The translations under genes and the position numbers were made by a program. Below the pieces are notes generated by a model. It did no database searches, was not told where the DNA came from, and saw only the letters and a list, made by a program, of their open reading frames with translations. From assembly GCA_964637145.1 (NCBI GenBank), contig CAZWUN010000002.1:1-61389 (forward strand): DNA of 61,389 nucleotides, read 5' to 3'. Shown in pieces: positions 50,725 to 61,342 of this stretch; the stretch's first letter is position 1, and the number at the start of each line of letters is the position of its first letter. Origin of the DNA: an uncultured Burkholderiales bacterium. Lineage in GTDB: Bacteria > Vulcanimicrobiota > Xenobia > Xenobiales > QWHO01.

Positions 50725-51210
50725 TCAGGTCAACTCCAGCTTCACCGTCAGCAGGCCCGGCTCGAACCCCAGTGACTCCACCGAGACGTGCAGAGGCTCG
50801 ACCCACTTCTGGCGGGCCATCCACTCGTTGACGCGGCGCAGCGAGATGCTGATTCGGCCGGCCTTCTTGCCCTGAAAGGTGACCTGCTCCACGCTCAAAG
50901 TGTCCGAAGGCAGCCCGGCCGCCACCAGGCGCGGTCCGGCCTGCTTGAGCACCTGGTCGGTGATCACCCCCCACAGCATCTTGGTCAACTGGCCCATCAG
51001 GTTGCCGGTGATGTTGCCGCGGATCTGATCGAAGGGCAGGTAGAGCACCAGCTCGCTGCCCTCCACGGTGGGCACGGCCACCAGCGAGGCGGCCCCGATG
51101 GGGAGCTTGCGGTTTAGCACGAAACAGCCGTCCTGGTAGCTGGCCGAGAGATCCTGCACCCGGTCGAGCAGCACGTTGACGTGGGGCTCGGTGAGGGCCA
51201 GCTCGATCAT
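50725..51210 (-). CDS. hypothetical protein (161 aa)
   Basis: The ATG at 51210 (MIELALTEPHV...) overlaps the upstream stop (ATGA). The earlier part of ORF 50725..51510 is Arg/Gly junk. Confidence 0.6.
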   Translation of the reverse strand: MIELALTEPHVNVLLDRVQDLSASYQDGCFVLNRKLPIGAASLVAVPTVEGSELVLYLPFDQIRGNITGNLMGQLTKMLWGVITDQVLKQAGPRLVAAGLPSDTLSVEQVTFQGKKAGRISISLRRVNEWMARQKWVEPLHVSVESLGFEPGLLTVKLELT

Positions 51211-51524
51211 GTCAGGCGAAGGCTCAGGCTCAGGCCCTGAGGACCGAGCGAGAGCTGATCCACCGAGACCCCCGGCCAGTTCTCCAGCTTGAGCTTGAGC
51301 TCGGGCTGCAGGATGCGCACCGGATCCACCTTCAGCTTGCCGACCTTCAGCTGGCCCTGCTCCAGCTTCACCTGGGGAGCGAAGGCGGCCAGCAGCTTCT
51401 CCAGCGTCTCGGGGTCGATGTTGAGGGTGCTGATGCGGGCCTCGGGCACGGCCACGGCCGTGCCGCAGCGGGTGCAGAACTTCTTGCCGGAGGCCACCGG
51501 AGCGCCGCACTGAGGGCAGGTCAT
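51207..51524 (-). CDS. N-terminal zinc-ribbon protein (105 aa)
   Basis: An ATG at 51524 gives MTCPQCGAPVASGKKFCTRCG. The C-terminus resembles the end of the downstream protein (L.L.L.LT). Confidence 0.65.
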   Translation of the reverse strand: MTCPQCGAPVASGKKFCTRCGTAVAVPEARISTLNIDPETLEKLLAAFAPQVKLEQGQLKVGKLKVDPVRILQPELKLKLENWPGVSVDQLSLGPQGLSLSLRLT

Positions 51525-51581
51525 GCCCCCCTGTTCGGGCTGCCGCAGGGGGGCACCCTGCCGCTCGCGAAACTCGCGCCC

Positions 51582-52199
51582 ATGTTCAGCCTGGAATTGG
51601 ACAAGCACGAGTACGACCCGCGCCAGATCGTGCGGGGGGTGTTTCGCTTCGCGCTCGAGTCGGCTCGCCCCAACCTGCGGGTGGCCGTGGGCCTGACCGC
51701 CACTCGCGAGGGGGAGATGGTCTACGAGACCTCCCGCACCCTGGACGGCCCGCGCGAGCTGGCTTCGGGCAACTACGCCTTCGAGCTGCGCCTGCCCGAG
51801 GACGTCAAGGGCCCCGGCCTCTTCAAGCGGCTCAAGCAGGCCATCGGCCGCGCTGCCTCGGCCCCGGTCAAGTGGGAGGTGTGGGGCATCCTCGACCGCG
51901 AGATCGTGTGCAAGAGAGCCTTCGAAGTGGTGCTCGACGAGGAGGAGGAGGACCAGCCCACCGAGGCTCCCCCCGCCCGCTCGTCGGTGCTCAGCCGGCT
52001 CAACCTCGAGCCCCCCGACTACGCCCCCTCGGGGCGTCTGGAAGAGGAGGCTCCCGCCCGCAAGAAGGCTGCTCCCGCCAAGAAGGCCGCCGAGCCCTCG
52101 GCGCTGCCCAAGCGCACCGTCTTCTGCCCCTCCTGCGGGGCCCGCGAGGAGGATGCCGAGAGCGACTACTGCGGACGCTGTGGCAAGGCCTTGCACTGA
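51582..52199 (+). CDS. hypothetical protein with C-terminal zinc ribbon (205 aa)
   Basis: Plus-frame coding bias. It has an acidic/Lys-Ala linker and then CPSCGAREEDAESDYCGRCG. Confidence 0.65.
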   Translation: MFSLELDKHEYDPRQIVRGVFRFALESARPNLRVAVGLTATREGEMVYETSRTLDGPRELASGNYAFELRLPEDVKGPGLFKRLKQAIGRAASAPVKWEVWGILDREIVCKRAFEVVLDEEEEDQPTEAPPARSSVLSRLNLEPPDYAPSGRLEEEAPARKKAAPAKKAAEPSALPKRTVFCPSCGAREEDAESDYCGRCGKALH

Positions 52200-52240
52200 G
52201 CTGGTATAATCAGCTTACCGCGACCTCACCTCAGAAGCGT

Positions 52241-52312
52241 ACATACGTAGCTCATCGGTAGAGCACTCGACTGATAATCGAGAGGTAACTGGTTCAAGTC
52301 CAGTCCTTTGCT
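52241..52312 (+). tRNA. tRNA-Ile(GAU)-like gene with defective acceptor stem
   Basis: The D arm (GCTC-ATCGGTA-GAGC), anticodon arm (CTCGA-CTGATAA-TCGAG) and T arm (ACTGG-TTCAAGT-CCAGT) are canonical. Acceptor ACATACG/CCTTTGC pairs at only 4 of 7 positions, and no CCA is encoded. Confidence 0.45.
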
Positions 52313-52333
52313 TCTGGAACTTGCGCGGGAGAG

Positions 52334-52364
52334 AAGGCCGGCCCTCGGGTCGGCCTTTGTTTTT
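52334..52364 (+). terminator. rho-independent terminator after the tRNA-like gene
   Basis: AAGGCCG, a 10-nt loop, CGGCCTT, then TGTTTTT. Confidence 0.7.
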
Positions 52365-52416
52365 GCAACTGGCCCTGTCAGGCAGGAGTTGGCCGCTCGG
52401 CTTCGATCCTATCCGG

Positions 52417-54150
52417 ATGCAAGCCTACCACGACTCCAGCGAGCTCTACTGCACCCCCCACAGCGACCGACTCGAGCTGAGGCTCGAGGCAGACGGGGTG
52501 GAGCAGGCCTTCGTGCGCACCGCTCCCGATGGCGAGGAGGTGATGCTGCCCATGAGCTCCGACCTCACCGCCGTGCTCCCCCTCTCGGCGCCTCGCCTGG
52601 GCTATCGCTTCTACCTCAAGACGGCCGAGGGAGCCTTCTGGCTCAGCGCCGCCGGGCTGACCCGCCACACCCCGACCGACGCCACCGACTTTCGCTACCT
52701 CTCCCGCTTCGAATCGCCCGCCTGGCTCGAGGACGCCGTCTTCTACCAGGTCTTTCCAGACCGGTTCTACGATGGCGAGAGCGAGAGCAACGTGCAGAAC
52801 GGAGAGTACCTCTGCTCGGGGAAGCCGGTGATCGCCCGGGCCTGGCACGAGCTCCCGCAGGCCAGCACCGGCTGGCACGAGTTCTTCGGAGGCGACCTGC
52901 CAGGCCTGGAGCAGAAGCTCGACTACCTGCAAGAGCTCGGCTGCAACGCCGTCTACCTCAATCCCATCTTCACCGCGCCCTCCTCCCACAAATACGACGT
53001 GGCCGACTACCGCGAGGTGGATCCCCACCTGGGCGGCGACCGGGCCTTCGCCTCGCTCATGCAGGCGGTGCATCGCCAGGGGATGCGCCTGATCCTGGAC
53101 GTGGTGCCCAACCACTGCGGCGAGACTCATCCCTGGTTCGTGCAGGCTCTGCAGGACAAGAACGCCCCGACCGCCGAGTTCTTCAGCTTCCTGCGCCACC
53201 CCGACGAGTACGAGTGCTGGCTGGGGGTGAAGTCGCTGCCCAAGCTCAACTACCGCAGCGCCCTGTTGCGCGAGGAGATGATCTCGATCCTGCGCCACTG
53301 GCTGCGCCCGCCTTACCGGCTGGACGGCTGGCGCCTGGACGTGGCCAACATGCTGGCCCGTCAGGGGGAGAGCCAGCTGGGCCACAAGATCGGTCGCGCC
53401 CTGCGCCGGGCGGTGAAGGCCGAGAACCCCGAGGCTTATCTGCTGGGCGAGCACTTCTTCGACGGCACTCCCCACCTGCAGGGCGAGGAGCTGGACGCCA
53501 GCATGAACTACCGCGGCTTCACGGTGCCCGTGCTGCACTGGCTGTCGGGAGGCGACCTGGCCTTCCACCAGAAGGCTCCCCACGGGGAGGGACGAGCGCT
53601 GCCCACCGCGGCCCTGGTGGCCCAGTGGGTGGCCTTTTTGAGCGCCATCCCCTGGCAGGTGGCCCGCCTGCAGTTCAACCAGCTGGGCAGCCACGACATG
53701 CCCCGCATCCGCTTCTTGCTGGGCGAGGATCTGGACAGGGTGGAGGCCGCCATGGTGTTGCTCTTCACCTTCCCGGGCGTGCCCTGCGTGTACTACGGCG
53801 ACGAGGTGGGGATGAGCGGGGGGCGCGACCCTCACAACCGGGCTCCCATGGTCTGGGAGGCTGAGCGTTGGTGCCAGCGCACCCGCGCGCTGGTGTCGAA
53901 GCTCTGCGGGCTGCGGCGCAGCTCCTCGGCCTTGCGGCGGGGCGGCTTTCGGGTGCTGCACGCGGGAGAGAATCGGGTGGTGCTCGAGCGGCGCTCGCTC
54001 GACGAGCGCCTGGTTGTGGACGTGCGCCGGGGAGCGGCCGAGGCGGTGGATCTGCCCGGCCTGTCGCTGGTCGGCTTGCTCGGGGGGGAGCGGCTCAGCG
54101 GGAGGCTGCCGGCGGCGAGCCGGGCGGGGGGGGAAATCTACCGCGCTTGA
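52417..54150 (+). CDS. GH13 alpha-amylase family enzyme (maltodextrin glucosidase / neopullulanase-like)
   Basis: ATG at 52417. Motifs: FYQVFPDRF, GGDL.G...KLDYL..LG.NAVYLNPIF, DVVPNH, GWRLDVANM, GEHF. Confidence 0.9.
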   Translation: MQAYHDSSELYCTPHSDRLELRLEADGVEQAFVRTAPDGEEVMLPMSSDLTAVLPLSAPRLGYRFYLKTAEGAFWLSAAGLTRHTPTDATDFRYLSRFESPAWLEDAVFYQVFPDRFYDGESESNVQNGEYLCSGKPVIARAWHELPQASTGWHEFFGGDLPGLEQKLDYLQELGCNAVYLNPIFTAPSSHKYDVADYREVDPHLGGDRAFASLMQAVHRQGMRLILDVVPNHCGETHPWFVQALQDKNAPTAEFFSFLRHPDEYECWLGVKSLPKLNYRSALLREEMISILRHWLRPPYRLDGWRLDVANMLARQGESQLGHKIGRALRRAVKAENPEAYLLGEHFFDGTPHLQGEELDASMNYRGFTVPVLHWLSGGDLAFHQKAPHGEGRALPTAALVAQWVAFLSAIPWQVARLQFNQLGSHDMPRIRFLLGEDLDRVEAAMVLLFTFPGVPCVYYGDEVGMSGGRDPHNRAPMVWEAERWCQRTRALVSKLCGLRRSSSALRRGGFRVLHAGENRVVLERRSLDERLVVDVRRGAAEAVDLPGLSLVGLLGGERLSGRLPAASRAGGEIYRA

Positions 54151-54234
54151 GCAGGGCGATGGCGACTGTGGGCTCGGCCAGGCACGAACACAGAAGGTCA
54201 GCGTTGGTCACCTTTTAGGGCCAGATAGCGAACA

Positions 54235-55499
<1,265 letters not shown>

Positions 55500-55503
<4 letters not shown>

Positions 55504-56228
55504 GCGCGGTGCTTCAAGAGGCCTTGCAGGTCGGCCTGCCACTCCTGCGGCGCCTTTTCGAGCACCGCGCCGGGGTCGGGCGAGGCCATGACCAGGAAGT
55601 TGTAGTCGGCCCGGGTGAAGGCCCGCTCGAGCAGGGCCGCGGCCAGCTCGGGAGCGAGCACCTTCGCGCCGGTGACCCGGAGCAGCTCGCGGGCCGGGAA
55701 CAGGCGTTTGCGGGGGTCGGTCTGGCTCTCGAAGGCAGACTTCGCCTCTTCGCTGACGAAGTCGAGCAGAATGGCGATGTGGGGCTGGTCCTTGGGCCGG
55801 TTGACGCGCAGCTTGTTGCGCAAGAGGTCGAACGGATCGGCCACGGGCACCGCCAGCTCGGGATCGAGGTGAAAGTAGCGCGCTGTGCGGAACACCGCTT
55901 CGGGCTCGGGCAGGCCCAGGCTGCCGGTGAGGATGTTGATCTCGTGGCCTTCCCACTCCACAAAGGCCACCGGGATGGTGCGGGGCTGGGGGCGCTTGCG
56001 GATGATCATGCCGCAAGTTGCAGCCCAGTCCAGGGCCGCGTTCAAGGTCTGGCTGGTGGTCAGGATGTCGAGATCGCGAGACATGCTCTGCTGCTTCATC
56101 AGTGCAGCGTAAGCGCCCACCGCCATGCCGCCGATGACGCTGTACTCCAGGCCCTGCTCTTGCAGGCCGCTCAGGAATCCGAGGAAGTCTCGTAGAGTAT
56201 GTAGTGAATCGTCGGCGGTGGCGGGCAT
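55500..56228 (-). CDS. hypothetical protein, possible nucleotidyltransferase fold
   Basis: ATG at 56228 (MPATADDS...). YSVIGGMAVGAYA...RDLDIL resembles a minimal NTase G[SG]-x-D.D pattern. The assignment is weak. Confidence 0.5.
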
Positions 56229-56377
56229 ATCTTGCAGAATTCGATGTACCGCTGGTGAATTTCCTCGGGGCTGGCACCTTCCGGCAGCTTGGTGGGATCC
56301 CAGACATCCCATGGATTGGGATAAGGCAGAGGCAGGCCCTGCCGTTTGGCTTCGGCGTTGGCCTCGCGCTGGGCCAT
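56171..56377 (-). CDS. candidate small protein (68 aa; 78 aa from GTG 56407)
   Basis: Terminal segment of ORF 56171..57253, lying after the bgl stop. Moderate codon bias. Overlaps the next gene start by 58 nt. Confidence 0.3.
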   Translation of the reverse strand: MAQREANAEAKRQGLPLPYPNPWDVWDPTKLPEGASPEEIHQRYIEFCKICPPPPTIHYILYETSSDS

Positions 56378-56403
56378 GGCTCGCGCTTCTTGCTCGGGAG
56401 TCT

Positions 56404-57654
56404 TCACACCGGCATTATAGCACGCCCGAAGCTGTCGTGGTACCAGCGCCCGCTGGCCTTCACGGTGCGCTTCTGGCTCTCGTAGTCGACGTGCACCAGC
56501 CCGAAGCGTTGGCGGTAGCCCCAGGCCCACTCGAAGTTGTCCAGCAGGCTCCAGCAGAAGTAGCCGCGCAGGTCGGCCCCCGCGTCGCGGGCCTTGAGTG
56601 CCTCGCGGATGTGCCCGTCGAGATACTCGATGCGGCGCACGTCGTCGCGCGGCTCGTCCAGCGCGCATCCATTCTCGGTCACGTAGAGGGGGAGGCGATA
56701 CTCGTCCCACAGCCAGCTCAGCATGCGAGAGAGCGCCTCCGGCCAGACCTCCCAGCCGATGTCGGTCTTCCAGCCCGGCCCGTCCACCAGCTTTACCCCT
56801 GCAAACTCGTCGGTGGGGTCGTCCTGGACAATCTGGCGGAAGTAGAGGTTGACCCCGATGAAGTCGAGCGGCGCGGCCACCGGCTCGGGCATCTCCCACA
56901 GCCCCTCGGGATAAGCGCCCCGCAGGAGCGGGCGCAGGAACCAGTCGTTGTTGAAGGCGTGTTGGCGGGCCGCGGCCCCCTCGTCTTGCGGGCTGAGGGG
57001 ATAAGCGGGCGCGAAGCTGAAGGCCGAGCCCACCTCCAGGTTGGGATACTGCCCCTTGAGGGCGTTTAGAGCCCGGGCGTGGGCCAGATTGACCTGGTGG
57101 GACACGGGCACGAACAGCCCGGTCTTGCCGGGGGCGTGGATCCCCTCGTGGTAGCCGAGCCAGGTGAAGACCCAGGGCTCGTTGAGCACCATGAAGTGGC
57201 CCACCCGATCCCCCAGTCGCTCGGCCACCAGCAGCGCGTACTCGGTGAGCCAATCGGCCATGGATGGGTTTTGCCAGCCGCCCTCGTCCTCCAGGGCCTG
57301 GGGCAGATCCCAGTGATACAGGGTGACGAAAGGCTTGATGCCGGCCTCGAGCAGACCGTCCACCAGGCGGCTGTAGAAGTCCAGCCCGCGTGCGTTGACC
57401 TGCCCGGTGCCCTGGGGCAGGATGCGCGGCCAGGAGAGGCTGAACCGGTAGGCTCCCAGCCCCAGCTCCTTCATCAGGGCGATGTCCTCGCGCCAGCGGT
57501 GGTAGTGGTCGCAGGCCACGTCCCCGGTGTCGCCGTTATGCACCTTGCCGGGGGTGTGCGAGAAGCGATCCCAGATCGACTCGCCTTTGCCGTCCTCGTT
57601 CCAGGCGCCCTCGATCTGGTAGCTGGCGGTGGCCGCTCCCCAGAGAAATCTCAT
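56404..57654 (-). CDS. GH1 beta-glucosidase
   Basis: Motifs: [14 protein letters not shown], the acid/base LNEP and the nucleophile YVTENG. Its ATG overlaps the kinase stop (ATGA). Confidence 0.92.
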   Translation of the reverse strand: MRFLWGAATASYQIEGAWNEDGKGESIWDRFSHTPGKVHNGDTGDVACDHYHRWREDIALMKELGLGAYRFSLSWPRILPQGTGQVNARGLDFYSRLVDGLLEAGIKPFVTLYHWDLPQALEDEGGWQNPSMADWLTEYALLVAERLGDRVGHFMVLNEPWVFTWLGYHEGIHAPGKTGLFVPVSHQVNLAHARALNALKGQYPNLEVGSAFSFAPAYPLSPQDEGAAARQHAFNNDWFLRPLLRGAYPEGLWEMPEPVAAPLDFIGVNLYFRQIVQDDPTDEFAGVKLVDGPGWKTDIGWEVWPEALSRMLSWLWDEYRLPLYVTENGCALDEPRDDVRRIEYLDGHIREALKARDAGADLRGYFCWSLLDNFEWAWGYRQRFGLVHVDYESQKRTVKASGRWYHDSFGRAIMPV

Positions 57655-59360
57655 GCGCTGGCGTACTGCTCCAGCACCCGCCTGAGGTCCTCCATCCGGA
57701 TGGGCTTGTCGAGATAGTCGTTCATCCCCTGGCTGAGGCAGTGCTCGCGGTAGCCCGTGGTGGCGTGGGCTGTGAGAGCCACGATGGCTACCTCGCTGCC
57801 GCTCTCGCGCACCTGGCGGGTGACCTCGAGGCCGTCGATTCCCGGCATCTGGATGTCCATCAGCACCAGGTCGAAGCTCTCTTTTTCCAGCAGAGCCAGG
57901 GCCTGGTGACCGTCCGAGGCCAGCACCGGACGGTGCCCGAAGCGCTCGAGCATGCGAGCGCAGACGCGCTGGTTGACGGGGTTGTCCTCGGCCACCAGCA
58001 CCTTGAGCGAGCGTCCGAGCCTTTCGCCCGCGGGAGCGGCAACCGGGGCGCTGCTCTCGGCCAGCTCCAGCGGCACCCGCAGCACGAACTCCGAGCCCTG
58101 GCCGGCCTGGCTGGTGGCGGTCAGGTTGCCTCCCATCAGCTGGGCCAGCTCGCGACAGATGGCCAGCCCCAGCCCGGTGCCCCCCTGCTCGCGGGTCATG
58201 GAGTCGTCGCCCTGCACGAAGGGCTCGAAGATCTTGTCCAGCTTCTCAGGGACGATGCCCTGACCGGTGTCGCGCACCGACACCCGCAACTCGCCGGACC
58301 ACTCGGCGGCGAGGGTCACCGTTCCCTGGAGGGTGAACTTGAAGGCGTTGTCGAGCAGGTTCAGCAGGATCTGGCGCAGCCGGTCGCGATCGCCCTTGAC
58401 CCGGGCCGGGAGCTGATCGCTCAGCGAGAGCTCCAGAGCCACCCCCTGGCTGTGGGCCCGGGCCACGAAGAAACTGTGCACCTCGTGCATGAACTCGCGC
58501 AGCTCGAAGGGACCGGGATGGATGGTGAAGCGCCCCGACTCGAGCTTGCTCACGTCCAGGATGTCGTTGAGCACCCGCAGGAGCGAGCTGGCCGAGTCGC
58601 GGGCGTCGCGCAGGTAGGAGCGCTGCTGATCGCTGAGCTGGGTATCCAGGGTCAGGTCGAGCATGCCCAGCACGCCGTTCATGGGGGTGCGCAGCTCGTG
58701 GGAGGTGTTGGCCAGGAAGCGCGACTTGGCCTGATTGGCCTCCTCCAGCTCGCGGGTGCGCTGCTCGAGCTCGACGATCAGGTGGCGCGAGGTGCGCAGA
58801 GCGCTGGCCGCCCTCTGGCGCAGCCGCTCGGCCGTCAGGGCGCTGAGGCAGAGATAGAGCCCGCTGAGGTAGATGATGAGGGCTTTCTGCACCGCCGCCG
58901 GGCCCTGCACGTGGTGGCCGGCCATGCTGGCAAAACCCAGCATCAGCACATAGCAGGCCAGGTTGAAGTGGGCGAAGGCCAGGGTGCGGCGGGGCCCGGC
59001 CGGGATCTGGTCGGCCACGCGGATGATCAGGAGGAAGATGTACCAGCTCTCCTCCACCCCGGTCAGGTAGATGGTCAGGCAGTAGATCAGCACGTCCAGG
59101 TAGAGGAACAGGACGCCCAGGCGATGCCAGCGGTAGAGGATGAGCCAGCTGACGGCGGCATAGCCCAGCGAGAGGGTGGGGAAGAGCCAGGTCCAGGTGG
59201 GCCAGGGGTCGGTGGGATGCAGGCGGACGAGCAAGACCATGAAGAGCATGCCGATCATCCGGTAGAGGGGGATCTCTACCACGTGCAGCCTTCGGCTGGC
59301 CCGCCGCTTGCGCTCGGCGGCCCTGATCGGGTCGAGCTCGAGGCGCTCTGGCTCGGTCAC
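57651..59360 (-). CDS. hybrid sensor histidine kinase / response regulator with polytopic membrane N-domain
   Basis: The GTG at 59360 overlaps the CAP gene stop (GTGA). Motifs: H-box SHELRTPMN, HATPase ([22 protein letters not shown]), and REC ([24 protein letters not shown]). Confidence 0.88.
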   Translation of the reverse strand: MTEPERLELDPIRAAERKRRASRRLHVVEIPLYRMIGMLFMVLLVRLHPTDPWPTWTWLFPTLSLGYAAVSWLILYRWHRLGVLFLYLDVLIYCLTIYLTGVEESWYIFLLIIRVADQIPAGPRRTLAFAHFNLACYVLMLGFASMAGHHVQGPAAVQKALIIYLSGLYLCLSALTAERLRQRAASALRTSRHLIVELEQRTRELEEANQAKSRFLANTSHELRTPMNGVLGMLDLTLDTQLSDQQRSYLRDARDSASSLLRVLNDILDVSKLESGRFTIHPGPFELREFMHEVHSFFVARAHSQGVALELSLSDQLPARVKGDRDRLRQILLNLLDNAFKFTLQGTVTLAAEWSGELRVSVRDTGQGIVPEKLDKIFEPFVQGDDSMTREQGGTGLGLAICRELAQLMGGNLTATSQAGQGSEFVLRVPLELAESSAPVAAPAGERLGRSLKVLVAEDNPVNQRVCARMLERFGHRPVLASDGHQALALLEKESFDLVLMDIQMPGIDGLEVTRQVRESGSEVAIVALTAHATTGYREHCLSQGMNDYLDKPIRMEDLRRVLEQYASA

Positions 59361-59821
59361 TCCAGGTCGGCGCTGAACACCTGGGTCACGTAGACGTCGG
59401 GGCCGGAAACATAGATGCCGATGCCCAGGGAGGTGAAGTCCGGGCTCAGGATGTTGGCTCGATGGCCTGGGCTGTTCATCCAGGAGGCGAGGGCTCGGGC
59501 CGGAACGTCCTCGGGAGAGCGGCCCGAGCTCATGTAGATGTTCTCGCCGATGGCCATGGAGCGGGCGCCGACCGACTCCACCCGTTGGCGCGGAGTGGCT
59601 CGGCCCGGGGTGGGGGAGGTGTGGGAGAAGTAGCCCAACTCGCCCATCTCCTGAGAGTGCAGGCGGCCAGCCTGCACCAGCTTCATCTCGGCCTTGAGGG
59701 CCGGCAGTCCAGCCGAAATTCGCTCGCGATTGGTCAACTCGAGCACTTTGGTTTCGATGGGTGTGGGCGAGTCGGCCAGCAGGGGCAGGGTCAGCAGCAG
59801 AGCCAGCAGCATACGCGTCAT
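59357..59821 (-). CDS. secreted CAP/SCP (YkwD-like) domain protein
   Basis: Signal [19 protein letters not shown] motifs: TNRER...[24 protein letters not shown]. Confidence 0.8.
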   Translation of the reverse strand: MTRMLLALLLTLPLLADSPTPIETKVLELTNRERISAGLPALKAEMKLVQAGRLHSQEMGELGYFSHTSPTPGRATPRQRVESVGARSMAIGENIYMSSGRSPEDVPARALASWMNSPGHRANILSPDFTSLGIGIYVSGPDVYVTQVFSADLE

Positions 59822-59899
59822 ACCTGAGGGTTCGAGGCTGACGAAGCGGCAACCTTTGCGTAACATTCGGCCCTTTACCCCCTGGACGGCGGGCGTGAG

Positions 59900-60919
59900 T
59901 TGGAGGACATGCAGGTCCACGTCCTCAGCCGGGACGCGGTGATGAAGACGGTCTACGAACGGGCCGACCGACTCAAGAGCTCCGAGCTTTCCGACCCGGG
60001 CAGCGCCGCTGCTCGGGATGTCGTGCTGCGCGAGGCCTATCGGATGGAGCAGATTCCCGGGGCCGACACGACCGCCATGCACGGCGAGCTCGCCAGGCTG
60101 CGTCAAGAATCTCGCTCCGACGGCCGGAAGGCTATCCTCGTGGGGGCCGGCCTGGCGGCCGCCGGAGTGGCAGTGGGTCTGGCCCTGGGGCCCAGCCTGC
60201 CCATGGCCGGCACCATCGCTCCCATCGTGGGGGTGGGCTCAGCCGCAACGGCCTTTCTGATTGGCTATGGCGGCTTCCATAACGATCGCTTCTATCAAGA
60301 GACCGGCGAGATGCTCGATCGCTGGACGCGCGTGGCTACGGCCCCTCCGCTGGCCCCGGGGGAGTGGCTCAAGACCCTGCCGGCGGCCACACCCAACGCG
60401 CCCGCCACGCGCCAGGAGGTGCTCGAGCTGATGCAGGCCTCCCGCGGCTACCTGGCCGCCAACCTCGATCAGCCCGGCCATGCCGCCGCCCTGACCGAGG
60501 TGGAGCGCGACCTGGCCGGTCTCTCGGCTCGCCCCGAGGAGAAGCTGAGCGATGTGCGCGCCAACCTGGGCGCCGAGCAAGCGGCGCTGCGTAAGCAGAT
60601 GTTCAAGGTGGGCTGCGGGGCCGTCGGGGGAATGATCCTCGGGCTGGTCGGCCTGCCCTTCCTGGGCGCTACCGGCATCGCCCTCGGCTTCGGCGGCTCG
60701 GCCGCCCTGACCACGGTGGGGCAACTGATGCTGCGGCGCGAGAAGAAGATCCTGACCCTGGATCGGCACCTGGCGGGGTGGGAAAGGCAGCTCGAGAACC
60801 TCAAAGCGATCTCCTCGGAGGTCCACCAACTGGCCAATCCTGGCCAGACCGTCGGGGTACAGCGCCAGGCCGGCTACCTGGTGGTGGGCGGGGTACGCGT
60901 GCCGGTGGCGGCGGGGTGA
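59900..60919 (+). CDS. hypothetical membrane protein with two TM hairpins and [15 protein letters not shown]-terminal tail
   Basis: 339-aa ORF. The start is uncertain (TTG 59900, ATG 59909 or ATG 59942). It has two Gly/Ala-rich double hydrophobic segments. Confidence 0.65.
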   Translation: MEDMQVHVLSRDAVMKTVYERADRLKSSELSDPGSAAARDVVLREAYRMEQIPGADTTAMHGELARLRQESRSDGRKAILVGAGLAAAGVAVGLALGPSLPMAGTIAPIVGVGSAATAFLIGYGGFHNDRFYQETGEMLDRWTRVATAPPLAPGEWLKTLPAATPNAPATRQEVLELMQASRGYLAANLDQPGHAAALTEVERDLAGLSARPEEKLSDVRANLGAEQAALRKQMFKVGCGAVGGMILGLVGLPFLGATGIALGFGGSAALTTVGQLMLRREKKILTLDRHLAGWERQLENLKAISSEVHQLANPGQTVGVQRQAGYLVVGGVRVPVAAG

Positions 60920-61070
60920 GCGCTCTGTTGGTCGCTTAATCACGGGTCTGCTGATCCACCGGAGGAACCTCTGAACGCTCGTCCCGCGCAATGGATTCAC
61001 AACCGGTCGAACTTCGTCGCATCGCCCGAGCCAGGTTTCGAAACGCACGGTCAATTCGATCTGGTCTACA

Positions 61071-61105
61071 GCGCGCATTGATATCCTGAAGTTATCAGTG
61101 CGCGC
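61071..61105. other. 13-bp stem / 9-nt loop inverted repeat in intergenic DNA
   Basis: GCGCGCATTGATA-tcctgaagt-TATCAGTGCGCGC (one G-T pair). No flanking T-tract on either strand. Confidence 0.6.
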
Positions 61106-61177
61106 AACTGTAGAAACCAAACCACCTGGGCGCCTGTGCGGAAGGCCATCCTCGCGAACCTGGTGAAGATATGTCGG

Positions 61178-61285
61178 ATGAAGCTGAAGACTCGCTACCA
61201 GATTTTCCTCTTGGTCCTGGTGTTGGGCGCAGCCGGGGTGATGGTCACGGTCGGCATGGCCTATCTGCTGATCTACGGGCCGTAA
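61178..61285 (+). CDS. candidate 35-aa single-TM peptide (MKLKTRYQIFLLVLVLGAAGVMVTVGMAYLLIYGP)
   Basis: Below the ORF-track cutoff. GC3-rich and hydrophobic. No clear RBS. Confidence 0.35.
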   Translation: MKLKTRYQIFLLVLVLGAAGVMVTVGMAYLLIYGP

Positions 61286-61298
61286 GGGCCTTGCCAAC

Positions 61299-61327
61299 TT
61301 GACCGCTCTCACATCTTTCCCTATAAT
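61299..61327 (+). promoter_or_regulatory. sigma70-type promoter for tRNA-Ala
   Basis: TTGACC, a 17-nt spacer, then TATAAT. The -10 element ends 15 nt before the tRNA. Confidence 0.55.
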
Positions 61328-61342
61328 CAGGTCATTCTGCTC

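Noticed and set aside
52191-52196. TTGCAC as the -35 element for the tRNA-Ile-like gene
   Set aside because: Its spacing to the TATAAT at 52205 is only 8 nt. The correctly spaced hexamer (TGGCAA, 52181..52186) is a weak match, so only the -10 element is reported.
52378-53961. 527-aa minus-strand ORF, with similar long antisense ORFs at 1126..2277, 44527..45945 and 57741..59393
   Set aside because: Each lies opposite a gene with unambiguous family motifs (GH13, transaldolase, WD40-caspase, histidine kinase). All show shadow-ORF composition.
57267-57275. Third copy of the GGCAAAACC core of the intergenic motif, on the reverse strand
   Set aside because: Only the 9-nt core matches. The flanks differ and it lies inside the GH1 coding sequence, so it is most likely chance.
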